Shown here: positions 1 through 11,285 of the stretch, one piece after another
Position numbering within the stretch: the first letter of the stretch is position 1
Layout of the letters: each line of letters begins with the position of its first letter
Notes under the pieces: generated by a model
Told to the model about the DNA's origin: nothing
Databases searched by the model: none
Seen by the model: the letters and a program-made list of their open reading frames with translations, nothing else
Program-made: the position numbers and the translations under genes
NCBI GenBank assembly: GCA_945918795.1
Contig: CAMEIT010000001.1
Span: 915-64,914, forward strand
DNA: 64,000 bases
Direction: 5' to 3'
From: an uncultured Clostridia bacterium
GTDB taxonomy: Bacteria; Bacillota; Clostridia; HGM11327

Positions 1-1793
1 TTTTGCGTCAGGAATCCGGCTTTTACAAGTGTATCATACCACGATACCTCGCTCGGTGCCAGGTGTGCAGGCTCAATGCCGTTTACAAGTGTGATCCAGC
101 GTGCAAAAGACGAGCACGGGTAAAGATTGGTAGGCTTCTGATCCCGATAAGTGCCTATGAAGAGATTATTGTACGCATTCAGGAACTGCGCGTTATTCAA
201 TACGATTGCGTTTGCATTGGTATGCTCTGTCATCTTTTCGCCCGAAAGGATTCCGCAATTAAAGAATATATTGTTGTAAACCTCACAGCAGGTTGCCCAG
301 TCGTCAACATAAATTGCCGATATAGAGTAATCAGCCGCCTTATTTCCTATGTTTGCAAAATAATTGTGACGTATCACTATTCCTATATCAGAGGGATCTC
401 TGCCCCAATATACAGCCGAAGCATCATCGGTATCAAGGCAGGCATTGATAATTCTGTTGTCCTCAATCAAAACATCGTTTATATGCTCAAGAATAATAAG
501 TGCGTGCGGAGCATCCGAAAGCGTGGACTTTCTTACCGAAAGACCGCATCCGTTCTTGAAGTGAACAGCAGGACGATAGCAGGTGAGGATTCTGTTTATA
601 TCTTTAATTACGCAGTTTTCAACTGCCGAACCGGACTCGATAAGATTATACCTGTCACCGCATCCTTCAAAATAAACGCCGCCGCTTGCCGTATCGAATA
701 TGTCGCATGAAATAAATCTGCAATTAAGCGAATTTGTTACAGTTGCCGCCGCGTGTGAAGTGTGCGATATTTCGCAGTTCTCAAAAACAATGCCGTCTGA
801 ATTTTGCACTGTTATGGGTTGATACACGAAGTACGAAAATTTTATACCGCGGAACACGATATTTTCAGCCTTGTCTGTTTTTACTGCAGACGCATTGAAA
901 AGCGATATTGTAACAGGCATTCCCTCTTCATAATCCTCGTTCGGTATAAAATAAAGAGTTGCTTTTTTCCTGTCGTAATAATATTCACCCTCGGCATCAA
1001 GCTCTTCGGGAAGATTTGAAATAAACTGACGTCTGTTCTTCCCCTCGCTCTCACCTGAAACATCATAGCCGCGCCACTTTGTGCCTGCCTTTAATACTCC
1101 GCGCTCGGGATCGCCGCATATGCCCTTGTATACGTTGTAGACCCACTGATGCCAGAAATATCCGTATATATACATATCCTCGTACGCTTCGGCGGACCAT
1201 TTCGCCATTCGCTTGCCTACATTTTCGTCGTCGTAAAAGAATTGTATCTCAAAGCCGCTTTTGTCCTCATTCTCATTGAAAATGATCTTTTTTGAATACA
1301 AATACGGCCCGCCCTTGCCCGTTATCTTTTCTCTGTTCGGGAACCTTGCATTTTCATACGGCATATTGCCCGCAAAGAATCGCGGTTGCCTTTCCGCCGT
1401 GCCGAATAATGTATCCTTGCTCAATGCAAGCTCTCGCAAGTCAACTGCCTTTACCCTGTCCGCATCGGGAAGCCTCTTTTTCATCGCCTCGTCTGTTACA
1501 GCGCCTATCTTTTCACTTCCTATGACAGCACCGCCGCTGAATACAACATTGCCTTTTGCTTCGTACACAACGGGAGCATCTTTAGTGCCGCCGTCCGTTT
1601 CGTTGAACTCAACGCTGTCCCTGAATTCATAAACACCCTCAAGAAAGGTAACTACCGCACCGCATTTTGCGCCCAATGAACGCAAACGATCCCTTGCGCC
1701 TTTCAGCGTTGCAAGCGGCGCCGAAATTGTTCCGTCGGCGGAATCGTTTCCGTTTGGTGCAACGTAAATATGAATATCGTTTTTCAAAATCAA
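1..1793 (-). CDS. Right-handed parallel beta-helix (pectin-lyase-fold) protein. The 3' end runs off the window and the start is uncertain (a TTG near 1793). The six-frame ORF track misses it because no stop codon falls inside the window.
   Basis: A continuous minus-strand reading frame runs from about 1793 to position 1. It translates to IYVAPNGNDSADGTISAPLATLKGARD... with repeated NxxIxNC-type beta-helix turns. An AAGGAG lies upstream. The plus-strand ORFs in 3..1632 are antisense artefacts. Confidence 0.6.
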   Translation of the reverse strand, partial: MILKNDIHIYVAPNGNDSADGTISAPLATLKGARDRLRSLGAKCGAVVTFLEGVYEFRDSVEFNETDGGTKDAPVVYEAKGNVVFSGGAVIGSEKIGAVTDEAMKKRLPDADRVKAVDLRELALSKDTLFGTAERQPRFFAGNMPYENARFPNREKITGKGGPYLYSKKIIFNENEDKSGFEIQFFYDDENVGKRMAKWSAEAYEDMYIYGYFWHQWVYNVYKGICGDPERGVLKAGTKWRGYDVSGESEGKNRRQFISNLPEELDAEGEYYYDRKKATLYFIPNEDYEEGMPVTISLFNASAVKTDKAENIVFRGIKFSYFVYQPITVQNSDGIVFENCEISHTSHAAATVTNSLNCRFISCDIFDTASGGVYFEGCGDRYNLIESGSAVENCVIKDINRILTCYRPAVHFKNGCGLSVRKSTLSDAPHALIILEHINDVLIEDNRIINACLDTDDASAVYWGRDPSDIGIVIRHNYFANIGNKAADYSISAIYVDDWATCCEVYNNIFFNCGILSGEKMTEHTNANAIVLNNAQFLNAYNNLFIGTYRDQKPTNLYPCSSFARWITLVNGIEPAHLAPSEVSWYDTLVKAGFLTQ

Positions 1794-1944
1794 TACCTGT
1801 GATTCGGCAATTATTTTGCCAAACTCCTTTCAGCTGTGATATATCACTAAGTTTAACAGATAACTCTCCGTTTGTCAATACAAAATTTCGGCAAGCAGAC
1901 AGCTTTTGCTGTTGTTTTTTGCATAAGTTTATGGTAAAATATTA

Positions 1945-2706
1945 ATGTATACAATATCCGTTGTCCTTTTGAATAAGGTCGGCGGATATGCGGCTTTATT
2001 TACGGGGAGAAATATAGTGTTTTTAAGAAAATTTTTCAGATTATTAAAAAAAATATTCAAATGCGCGGTAACGCTCGGCATTATTGCCGCGCTGTTCATT
2101 GCACTTTCGAATATTATTGTAATAATCAGCGCAACCGACAGTATTGTAACGGCTGAGGAAGCTGCCGAAAAAAAAGCCGACTGCATTATAGTTTTAGGTT
2201 GCAGTGTTTACGGCAACACGCCGTCACCCATGCTCAAGGACAGACTTTTAACAGCCGTTGAGCTGTACAAAGCAGGCGCCGCGCCTAAAATTCTCATGAG
2301 CGGGGATCATCAGGGGCAATATTATAATGAGGTCATGACAATGAAAAACTTCGCAATAGAATGCGGAGTGCCGTCAGAGGATATTTTCCTTGACCATTAC
2401 GGATTGAGTACATATGAATCGATGTACCGCGCCGATGCAATATTCGAATTGAAAAATGCTATCGTGGTAACTCAGGGCTACCATTTGTCGCGCTCGGTTT
2501 ACGTTGCAGAACGCTTTGGAATAAACATCATGGGCGTTCAATGCGAGGATATTAAATACAGCAATCAATTTTACAGAGATTTGCGTGAAATATGCGCCAG
2601 AACAAAGGATTTTGCATACTGCATATTCAAGCCTGAGCCGAATTATCTCGGCGACGTAATACCCGTAACGGGCAACGGCGATGTCACAAATGAAAGGCCG
2701 TCATGA
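1945..2706 (+). CDS. DUF218 / SanA-YdcF family membrane-anchored protein
   Basis: N-terminal transmembrane segment. The CIIVLGCSVYGNTPSPMLKDRL...ILMSGDH motif is typical of DUF218. The true start is probably downstream of the first Met. Confidence 0.7.
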   Translation: MYTISVVLLNKVGGYAALFTGRNIVFLRKFFRLLKKIFKCAVTLGIIAALFIALSNIIVIISATDSIVTAEEAAEKKADCIIVLGCSVYGNTPSPMLKDRLLTAVELYKAGAAPKILMSGDHQGQYYNEVMTMKNFAIECGVPSEDIFLDHYGLSTYESMYRADAIFELKNAIVVTQGYHLSRSVYVAERFGINIMGVQCEDIKYSNQFYRDLREICARTKDFAYCIFKPEPNYLGDVIPVTGNGDVTNERPS

Positions 2707-3641
2707 AAATAGGAAATTTAGAATTCAAAAACAACATATTTCTCGGGCCTATGGCAGGATTTACGGACTACCCGTTCAGAAAGATATGCAAGGGCTACGG
2801 TGCCGCGCTCACGTATACTGAAATGGTAAGTGCCAAGGCGCTGTATTACGGTGACAAAAAGACAAATGTTCTGCTTGTGCCGGAGGATAATATGTGCGCA
2901 GTGCAGATTTTCGGCAGAGAACCGCAAATATTGAAATACGCCGCTCAGCTGCTCGAAGATAAGGGCGTGCCCATGATAGATGTAAATATGGGCTGTCCCG
3001 CGCCTAAAATCGTCAATAACGGCGAAGGAAGTGCGCTCCTTAAGGAGCCGGAGCTTGCAGTTGAAATAATAGAAACACTGAAAAAATCCGTTAGTATTCC
3101 CGTTACCGTAAAAATGCGCATGGGTTGGGATTCCTGTCCCGATGTTGCCCTTACTCTCAGCAAGCAAATGTGTGAGGTAGGCGTTGACGCTATATGTATT
3201 CACGGCAGGACAAGAGAACAGTATTACAGCGGAAAAGCGGATTGGAATATAATTAAAGCCGTAAAAGAAAGCGTTTCCTGTCCTGTAATAGGCAACGGAG
3301 ATGTGCGTTCGTATGACGACTGCAAAAAAATGCTCGATACAACAGGCTGTGATGCCGTCATGATTTCAAGAGCCGCGGCATTTGATCCGCGCATATTCGA
3401 AGAGTGCATTTCCGGCGTAAAGAAAAGCACAAATTTCAGTGAGAAGGTCGAGCTTATATCGCGCCACTACGAATTATGTATGGAATTTTACGGCGAACAT
3501 ATGGCAATTCCTCAAATGAGAAAGCAGTTCCACTGTTACATTAAGGGAATGCCCGACGCCGCAAGACTTAAAAACGAAATAAATAAAATAAATTCATATG
3601 AGGAAATAAAGCAGTTTTTAAAAAATCTGCCGTGCACGTAA
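2703..3641 (+). CDS. dus: tRNA-dihydrouridine synthase (DusB-like)
   Basis: Motifs LGPMAGFTDYPFR, IDVNMGCP and IHGRTREQ. Overlaps the upstream gene by 4 nt. Confidence 0.9.
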   Translation: MKIGNLEFKNNIFLGPMAGFTDYPFRKICKGYGAALTYTEMVSAKALYYGDKKTNVLLVPEDNMCAVQIFGREPQILKYAAQLLEDKGVPMIDVNMGCPAPKIVNNGEGSALLKEPELAVEIIETLKKSVSIPVTVKMRMGWDSCPDVALTLSKQMCEVGVDAICIHGRTREQYYSGKADWNIIKAVKESVSCPVIGNGDVRSYDDCKKMLDTTGCDAVMISRAAAFDPRIFEECISGVKKSTNFSEKVELISRHYELCMEFYGEHMAIPQMRKQFHCYIKGMPDAARLKNEINKINSYEEIKQFLKNLPCT

Positions 3642-3678
3642 TTAAGTGCGCGGTTGTACTGTTAAAAAATAAGGTACG

Positions 3679-4563
3679 GTGATAAAAATGCAATCCGAAG
3701 TTCAGGATCTTATAGACAGAATAAACAAACACAAGGTTAAAATGAGCAAGGGTCAGAAAGCCATTTCCGAATACATTATAAAGAATTACGACAAAGCCGC
3801 TTTTATGACCGCCGCAAAATTAGGCAAAACAGTAGGTGTGAGCGAATCCACGGTGTCGCGCTACGCCGTACAGCTCGGATACGACGGATATCCCGAGCTT
3901 CAGAAAGCGTTTCAGGGGCTTATCAAAAACAAGCTTACCACAATTCAAAGAATGGAGCTCTCCTCCGAACAGGACGGTGCGGACATTCTCAAAAACGTGC
4001 TCAAGGCAGATATAAACAACATAAAGTCAACGCTTGAAAATATAGACAGCACGGCATTCGAGCGCGTTGTCAGAAAAATATGCTCAGCCGAAAACGTATA
4101 TCTCATGGGCGTGAGAAGCGCCGCAACAACAGTGGAATTTATGGGATATTACCTGAATTTTCTGCTTGACAACGTTCACGTTATAACGTCAGGTATAAAC
4201 GATATTGTCGAGCAGCTTTCCCACATCAAAAAGGGCGATATTCTTATTGCGTTCAGCTTTCCGAGATATGCGCGCAGAGCCGTTGACGGTGCCGAGTACG
4301 CAAAGAAATGCGGCGCAAGCATCACCGTAATTACGGACAGCGAATATTCGCCGCTCGTACCGTTTGCAGATGACGTATTGTATGCAAAAAGCGATATGGC
4401 GTCGTTTGTCGATTCGCTCGTTGCTCCGCTGAGCCTTGTAAACGCTTTGCTCATCGCCGTAAGCACGGAAAACAAGAATCAAGCCGTAAACAACTTCAGG
4501 AATCTCGAAAACATATGGCATCAGTACGGCGTATACACAGAAAAAGACGATAAGGATAATTGA
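3679..4563 (+). CDS. RpiR/MurR family transcriptional regulator (HTH + SIS domain)
   Basis: N-terminal HTH_6 (GQKAISEYII...SESTVSRYA) and a C-terminal SIS fold. Confidence 0.8.
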   Translation: MIKMQSEVQDLIDRINKHKVKMSKGQKAISEYIIKNYDKAAFMTAAKLGKTVGVSESTVSRYAVQLGYDGYPELQKAFQGLIKNKLTTIQRMELSSEQDGADILKNVLKADINNIKSTLENIDSTAFERVVRKICSAENVYLMGVRSAATTVEFMGYYLNFLLDNVHVITSGINDIVEQLSHIKKGDILIAFSFPRYARRAVDGAEYAKKCGASITVITDSEYSPLVPFADDVLYAKSDMASFVDSLVAPLSLVNALLIAVSTENKNQAVNNFRNLENIWHQYGVYTEKDDKDN

Positions 4564-4566
4564 ATC

Positions 4567-5238
4567 ATGGACAAGAATAAATTATACATCATAGCTGTCG
4601 ACGGTCCCGCAGGCGCGGGCAAAAGCACGGTATGCTCCGATGTTGCAAAAAAGCTCGGCATACTTCATCTTGATACGGGCGCAACATACAGAACGTTTGC
4701 GCTTGGACTTATAAAAAAAGGTATAGACGCATCCGACAGCGACGCAATAAAAAATATATTGAATGATATAAATATATCGATAGAATTTGAAAACAACACT
4801 CAGATAATGTATCTTGACGGCGTCAATGTTAACGGTATGATAAGGACAAACGAGGTTTCAGCCGCCGCATCCGCGTGCGCCGTAATACCGGAAGTAAGAC
4901 TCAAAATGGTAGATCTGCAAAGACAGACGGCGCAAAAAATATCCATGATAGTGGACGGCAGAGACATTTGTACATATGTATTCCCCGATGCACCGTATAA
5001 ATTCTACATTACAGCCGATGTAAGCGAGCGTGCAAAAAGACGCGCCGCACAGCTTGCGGAAAAAGGAATCGTATCCGACATCGAGCAGCTCGAGAAGGAA
5101 ATTGCGGCACGCGATCATAATGATATGAACAGAAAAATGGCGCCGCTTCGCATTGCAGATGACGCCGTACTGATTGACACCACACATATGACTCAAAAAG
5201 AGGTTGTGGATAAGGTTCTTTCGTACATCAAGCTTTGA
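4567..5238 (+). CDS. cmk: Cytidylate kinase
   Basis: IAVDGPAGAGKST P-loop, LDTGATYR, 223 aa. Confidence 0.9.
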   Translation: MDKNKLYIIAVDGPAGAGKSTVCSDVAKKLGILHLDTGATYRTFALGLIKKGIDASDSDAIKNILNDINISIEFENNTQIMYLDGVNVNGMIRTNEVSAAASACAVIPEVRLKMVDLQRQTAQKISMIVDGRDICTYVFPDAPYKFYITADVSERAKRRAAQLAEKGIVSDIEQLEKEIAARDHNDMNRKMAPLRIADDAVLIDTTHMTQKEVVDKVLSYIKL

Positions 5239-5339
5239 TTGATGTATCGATTATTGTCTATATTTATTTTATTTGCACGAAATATTGTTGCTGCGACTTG
5301 AATTTTATATTTAAGTTTGTCAATATTTTGTGCATCTTT

Positions 5340-6383
5340 TTATTTATGTATCTGTTTTTTAAGCTCGATGCTCTGAATACCCGTATTCATTATTATTTTT
5401 CTGAAAAACGGCGTATACATAAAATAATGCTTTATGCACTTCAGAAGAAGTCTCAGGCGCATATGCAGTGTTTTATGTTCATATCCTTTATGCGCTCTCA
5501 GCCCCGATTTATTTATTGCTTCACTCAGCACAGTTCCGCTTTTTATCGCACTGCTGATGCCTTCAAATGAGCTGGGGCTTATAAAGCCTGCCGCCTCGCC
5601 TATGAGGTACACTCCACCGCCACCGAGGCAAAAACCGCTTTTTAATGTCGGCCTCAAAACCATGCATGCCTCTGTTTTAATTGGTTCGGAAAATGTAAAT
5701 CCGAAGCTTTCCATTCTTTTTTTCTGCTTTTCAAAGTTCTCGCGGCACTTGCAAGCTTCAAATGCACCGCCGAATATAAAATATGAATCCTTCACTATCG
5801 ACCATGAGCACGACGGACTTGTTTTCGGGTCAAATATGCAGGAGTAAAACGGATTCATTTCGTCTGTTGCAAACCACTGTTGAATTGCAACATAGCTTTT
5901 CGTTTTATAAGACGGGAAAAATGTTCTCCTGACCATTGAATTTGCGCCGTCGGCACCCACAACAGCCTTACATACATAATTAACTTTGCCCATATTTGTG
6001 TTTACAATGACATTGAAGCATTCCCCGCAAGCATTGATTTGTGTGCATTTGCCGTTTACAACGTCAACCTCCCGCGGCACAAGCGACAACAGCCATTTGT
6101 CAAACGAGAATCTGTCCATATTCATGTAAAAACGCGGATAATATCTGATTTTGCCGGTATGTGCATCGATCGTTTTTACCGAAAATATTTGCGGATCGAC
6201 AAGCACGTCCTTTGGCAGAGACAAATCAAACTCTGCCAGAATTTTCTGTGCATCAGGCGCCAGCAAGCCTCCGCACGGCTTTGAATTTTTATCCGTTTGC
6301 CCGTCAACAAGCACAACCTTGTATTTTGCCGAATCGATAAGTCTTGCAAATGTTGAGCCGGCAGGTCCGGCACCGATTATCAT
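5340..6383 (-). CDS. FAD-dependent oxidoreductase (geranylgeranyl-reductase-like)
   Basis: IIGAGPAGS Rossmann dinucleotide motif at the N-terminus, VGADGANS and GEAAGF motifs. The likely start is the Met of MIIGAG. Confidence 0.65.
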   Translation of the reverse strand: MIIGAGPAGSTFARLIDSAKYKVVLVDGQTDKNSKPCGGLLAPDAQKILAEFDLSLPKDVLVDPQIFSVKTIDAHTGKIRYYPRFYMNMDRFSFDKWLLSLVPREVDVVNGKCTQINACGECFNVIVNTNMGKVNYVCKAVVGADGANSMVRRTFFPSYKTKSYVAIQQWFATDEMNPFYSCIFDPKTSPSCSWSIVKDSYFIFGGAFEACKCRENFEKQKKRMESFGFTFSEPIKTEACMVLRPTLKSGFCLGGGGVYLIGEAAGFISPSSFEGISSAIKSGTVLSEAINKSGLRAHKGYEHKTLHMRLRLLLKCIKHYFMYTPFFRKIIMNTGIQSIELKKQIHK

Positions 6384-6671
6384 AATATCGCACTTTTCAG
6401 TCACATTCCGATTGCACATTTGGGTTCTCCCTTTTTCAAAGCTGTAATTTCCTTATATGTTCATAGATTAATTGTAACATATTGTTTCGTGTATGTCAAT
6501 ATGTTTTTATTGTTTTACGATAAGTTAATGTCGATTTTTAATAGATGCAGTATTTGATATATGTGTAACGGGCAATAATACAAAAAAGAGGGTATATAAC
6601 AGATATGTATGATTGCAAGCAATACTCAAGTCTGATTTTCGGAAACGCTGTGCACAACGAAAAGAAAATAA

Positions 6672-6710
6672 CCGCCCAATGACGACCTGAGCGGTTATTA
6701 TATAAATAAT
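6672..6710 (-). terminator. Rho-independent terminator after the DUF815 gene at the end of the ilv-leu operon
   Basis: Hairpin aataaccgc(N15)gcggttatt followed on the minus strand by ttttcttttcg. Confidence 0.5.
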
Positions 6711-6838
6711 AAAAGATTAGGTCAACCGTCTTTATAACGGTACTCCCTTGTTGATTACAGTATATCATATAAAAATTTTTTGTCAATAACCAATTTTCGC
6801 GTTCAAACAGCAATTTTAGTGTTCAAACAACAAAGCTG

Positions 6839-8011
6839 TCATTTTGAAAGCAGATTATCTATAAACTGCCGTGCGAGACGTGCCGATCTTCCGCCGCGTT
6901 CAAGAGCAAAGCGTTCCGCGAGCAATTCAAGCTCCGCGCTCGGCATTGTAATTCCGTTTTCGTCAGCCAAATGGTGAACAATATGAAGGAACGTTGCCTT
7001 GTCGGGTTTACTGAATGTAATATGAATGCCGAAACGTTCCGACAGCGAAACAAGCTCCTGCATAGTATCGTTGCGATGAATATCATCGCCCTCGCGATCG
7101 GAAAATTTTTCTTTTATAATATGACGGCGATTGCTCGTAGCATAAATTACGACGTTATTTGACTTTGCCGTAACAGAGCCCTCAAGAACAGCCTTGAGTG
7201 TATTGAAATTATCGTCATCGTTTTGAAACGAGAGGTCATCTATAAACAATACAAATTTAAGCGGATTGCCCGACAGTTCATCGAGAACCTTCGGAATGCT
7301 GAACAGCTGATCCTTTCTCACCTCAACAACGCGCAAGCCCTCATTGAACAGCTCATTTGCAATGGCTTTGACGGTTGACGACTTACCCGTGCCTGCATCT
7401 CCCGTCAGAAGGATATTTGCGGCAGGCTTGCCGTCAAGCAAAGCCTTTGTATTGTCCAATATAACCTGTCTTTCGTGCTCGTAGTCAACAAGATCGCAAA
7501 GCCTTATATTGTCCGGATTTTTCACAGGCACTATGCAGCTGTTTTCGTCAATGTAAAACATTCTGTTTTTAGCGTAAATTCCGTATCCGTACTTGCCTAT
7601 ATTCTCTACTCTGTGTTTGTAGCTTTCGGTAAGGTTTACTTCACCCGAGGCAAATCCCGGCAAAAAGCCTTTATATTCCAAAGGCGCTCTCAATTCACCG
7701 GCGCTTATTTCAGCCGCCATTTGCAATGAGGCAAGCTCTTCCTCAAGTGCGCTCTGCATAAAATCGGATACTTTTTCTCCCCTGCCGACAGTACGTACAT
7801 ATACATTCTCATTGTTTTCGCATATATCGCGTATGTGTTCGCCGAGATTTCCGCCGTTTGCATTATAAAGTTCCGAAACAAAGCCGGCATATCCCGAGGC
7901 AGTCGGTTCCTCGAGATATGACATAAGACTTTTAAGCACTGTATCGTCAAGTAATTTTCTGAATATCGCCAATGTAGACAGGCGTATTTTTAAATCTTCA
8001 CGTTGTTCCAT
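6839..8011 (-). CDS. DUF815-family AAA-type ATPase
   Basis: LLTGDAGTGKSS Walker A, 390 aa. Its start overlaps the ilvD stop, which implies co-transcription. Confidence 0.75.
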   Translation of the reverse strand: MEQREDLKIRLSTLAIFRKLLDDTVLKSLMSYLEEPTASGYAGFVSELYNANGGNLGEHIRDICENNENVYVRTVGRGEKVSDFMQSALEEELASLQMAAEISAGELRAPLEYKGFLPGFASGEVNLTESYKHRVENIGKYGYGIYAKNRMFYIDENSCIVPVKNPDNIRLCDLVDYEHERQVILDNTKALLDGKPAANILLTGDAGTGKSSTVKAIANELFNEGLRVVEVRKDQLFSIPKVLDELSGNPLKFVLFIDDLSFQNDDDNFNTLKAVLEGSVTAKSNNVVIYATSNRRHIIKEKFSDREGDDIHRNDTMQELVSLSERFGIHITFSKPDKATFLHIVHHLADENGITMPSAELELLAERFALERGGRSARLARQFIDNLLSK

Positions 8012-8012
8012 A

Positions 8013-9683
8013 TCAATTCAATATAGCTCCCGACGCGCCGCCCGAAACAAGCTCGGCATAACGCTTCAGATAGCCTGTCAATTCTTTACGTTTAGGTACA
8101 AAATTCTTCATTCGTTCCGCAAGCACTGCCTCGTCAACCTTAAGCTCGATTTTGTTTTCGGGTATATTAATGCTTATAATATCACCATCCTCAACAACAC
8201 CGATCAAGCCGCCCGATGCCGCCTCAGGTGTTATGTGGCCTACACACGCACCTCTCGTTGCTCCGCTGAATCTGCCGTCTGTAATAAGTGCAACACTGTT
8301 TCCGAGCCCCATGCCCATTATGGCAGATGTAGGATTGAGCATTTCGCGCATACCCGGTCCGCCCTTAGGACCTTCGTAACGTATGACAACAACGTCGCCT
8401 GCAACTATTTTGCCTGCGTTTATGGCAGCCTGTGCGTCCTCCTCGCAGTCGAATACTCTTGCCGGGCCTTCATGAACAAGCATTTCAGGCAGAACAGCCG
8501 AGCGTTTTACAACACTGCCTTCCGGAGCAAGATTGCCTCTGAGTACGGCAATACCGCCCGTTGTGCTGTAAGGATTGTCTATCGGTCGAATGACGTTTGT
8601 ATTGAGATTCTCACAGCCTTTAATGTTCTCGCCTACTGTTTTTCCCGTTACAGTCATACACTCCGTATTGAGCAAGCCTTTTTTATTAAGCTCGTTCATA
8701 ACAGCATACACGCCGCCTGCCTCGTCGAGCTCCTCCATGTACGTTCTTCCCGCAGGAGCAAGATGACACAAATTGGGAGTTCTTTCGCTTATTTCGTTGG
8801 CAATATCGAGATTTATTTCCACGCCGCATTCATGTGCAATCGCAGGCAGATGAAGCATACTGTTTGTAGAACAGCCAAGCGCCATATCAACCGTGAGCGC
8901 ATTCATTATAGCTTCCTTAGTCATAATATCTCTCGGACGTATGTTCTTGTGTACCAAATCCATAACAGCCATACCTGCGTGCTTTGCAAGCTCTATTCTT
9001 GCGGAATATACAGCCGGAATCGTGCCGTTGCCGCGAAGTCCCATACCGAGAGCCTCCGTAAGGCAGTTCATTGAATTTGCCGTATACATACCCGAGCATG
9101 AGCCGCACGTCGGACACGTTTTGCATTCATATTCGCGCAGCTTTTCTTCCGACATTTTGCCTGCATTAAAAGCTCCTACCGCCTCCGAAATGGAAGAGAA
9201 GCTCGTCTTTGCGCCGTCAATGTGTCCTGCAAGCATAGGACCGCCGCTTACAAATACTGTCGGAATATTGAGACGCGCCGCAGCCATCAAAAGTCCCGGA
9301 ACGTTCTTGTCGCAGTTAGGCACCATGACAAGCGCATCAAATCCGTGCGCCATAGCCATAGCTTCGGTTGAATCCGCAATAAGGTCGCGCGTTACAAGCG
9401 AATATTTCATTCCCGTATGACCCATTGCAATGCCGTCGCAAACGGCAATAGCCGGGAATACAATGGGAGTGCCGCCAGCCATAGCAACGCCCAATTTTAC
9501 AGCCTCCACAATTTTGTCTATATTCATATGTCCGGGCACAATTTCATTGTACGAGCTTACAATGCCCACAAGCGGACGCTCTATTTCTTCATCTGTAAGG
9601 CCGAGCGCATGATAAAGCGCGCGGTGAGGCGCATTCTGCATACCTTTTTTAAGAGAATCGCTTTTCATAATTTCTCCTTTCAA
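8013..9683 (-). CDS. ilvD: Dihydroxy-acid dehydratase
   Basis: CDGIAMGH and CDKNVPG motifs, 556 aa. Confidence 0.95.
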   Translation of the reverse strand: MKGEIMKSDSLKKGMQNAPHRALYHALGLTDEEIERPLVGIVSSYNEIVPGHMNIDKIVEAVKLGVAMAGGTPIVFPAIAVCDGIAMGHTGMKYSLVTRDLIADSTEAMAMAHGFDALVMVPNCDKNVPGLLMAAARLNIPTVFVSGGPMLAGHIDGAKTSFSSISEAVGAFNAGKMSEEKLREYECKTCPTCGSCSGMYTANSMNCLTEALGMGLRGNGTIPAVYSARIELAKHAGMAVMDLVHKNIRPRDIMTKEAIMNALTVDMALGCSTNSMLHLPAIAHECGVEINLDIANEISERTPNLCHLAPAGRTYMEELDEAGGVYAVMNELNKKGLLNTECMTVTGKTVGENIKGCENLNTNVIRPIDNPYSTTGGIAVLRGNLAPEGSVVKRSAVLPEMLVHEGPARVFDCEEDAQAAINAGKIVAGDVVVIRYEGPKGGPGMREMLNPTSAIMGMGLGNSVALITDGRFSGATRGACVGHITPEAASGGLIGVVEDGDIISINIPENKIELKVDEAVLAERMKNFVPKRKELTGYLKRYAELVSGGASGAILN

Positions 9684-9731
9684 GAGGAATTAAGCCATAG
9701 GGAAAAATCAATTTCCCTATGGCATAGTATA

Positions 9732-10763
<1,032 letters not shown>

Positions 10764-10769
10764 CTATAA

Positions 10770-11285
10770 TTAAAAATTTATTGTTTGACGAATAGTCGTA
10801 CTGCCCTTTTCAAGGGAGACACTGCCCGTTCGGCAGATTTCAAGTATTTTATAATCCCTCATAATATTGATAAAATCATCTATTCTTTGGGAGCTGTCCG
10901 CAAGGCGGAACATAATCGAGTTTTTTGAGTAATCCACCGTTACAGCGCCGAAGGCTTCGGCGGCTGTACGTATATCGTCGCGTGTTGCGGGATCGTTTTC
11001 CATTTTTATGAGCAGAAGCTCACAGCTTATGGAGTTATCAGCGGAAAACTCTTTTATGGAGCACACGTCGGGCAACTTATAAAGCTGATTCACAAGCTGC
11101 TGCTTATACGTCTCCTCGCCGTCAAAAATAACGGTGATACGCGAAAATTCGCTTGATTCCGTCTCACTTACCGTCAAGGCGCTGATGTTAAACTGCCTTC
11201 TGCGGAACATACTCGTTACACGGTTTAATACGCCGAATTGATTTCTCACAAGTACCGCTACTGTATATCGGTTCATATCAGTCAC
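10770..11285 (-). CDS. ilvN: Acetolactate synthase small (regulatory, ACT-domain) subunit
   Basis: VLVRNQFGVLNRVTSMFRRRQFNI ACT domain. Overlaps the ilvB stop. Confidence 0.9.
   Translation of the reverse strand: MTDMNRYTVAVLVRNQFGVLNRVTSMFRRRQFNISALTVSETESSEFSRITVIFDGEETYKQQLVNQLYKLPDVCSIKEFSADNSISCELLLIKMENDPATRDDIRTAAEAFGAVTVDYSKNSIMFRLADSSQRIDDFINIMRDYKILEICRTGSVSLEKGSTTIRQTINF

Noticed and set aside
3-1632. Plus-strand ORFs 3..710, 804..1019, 1079..1279, 1261..1632 and 1292..1525
   Set aside because: They lie antisense to a continuous minus-strand beta-helix gene whose translation has clear protein-like repeats. The plus-strand products are low-complexity.
5235-5847. ORFs 5235..5570 (+) and 5434..5847 (+)
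   Set aside because: They overlap the well-supported FAD oxidoreductase gene on the opposite strand. The peptides are Phe/Ile/Cys-rich nonsense.
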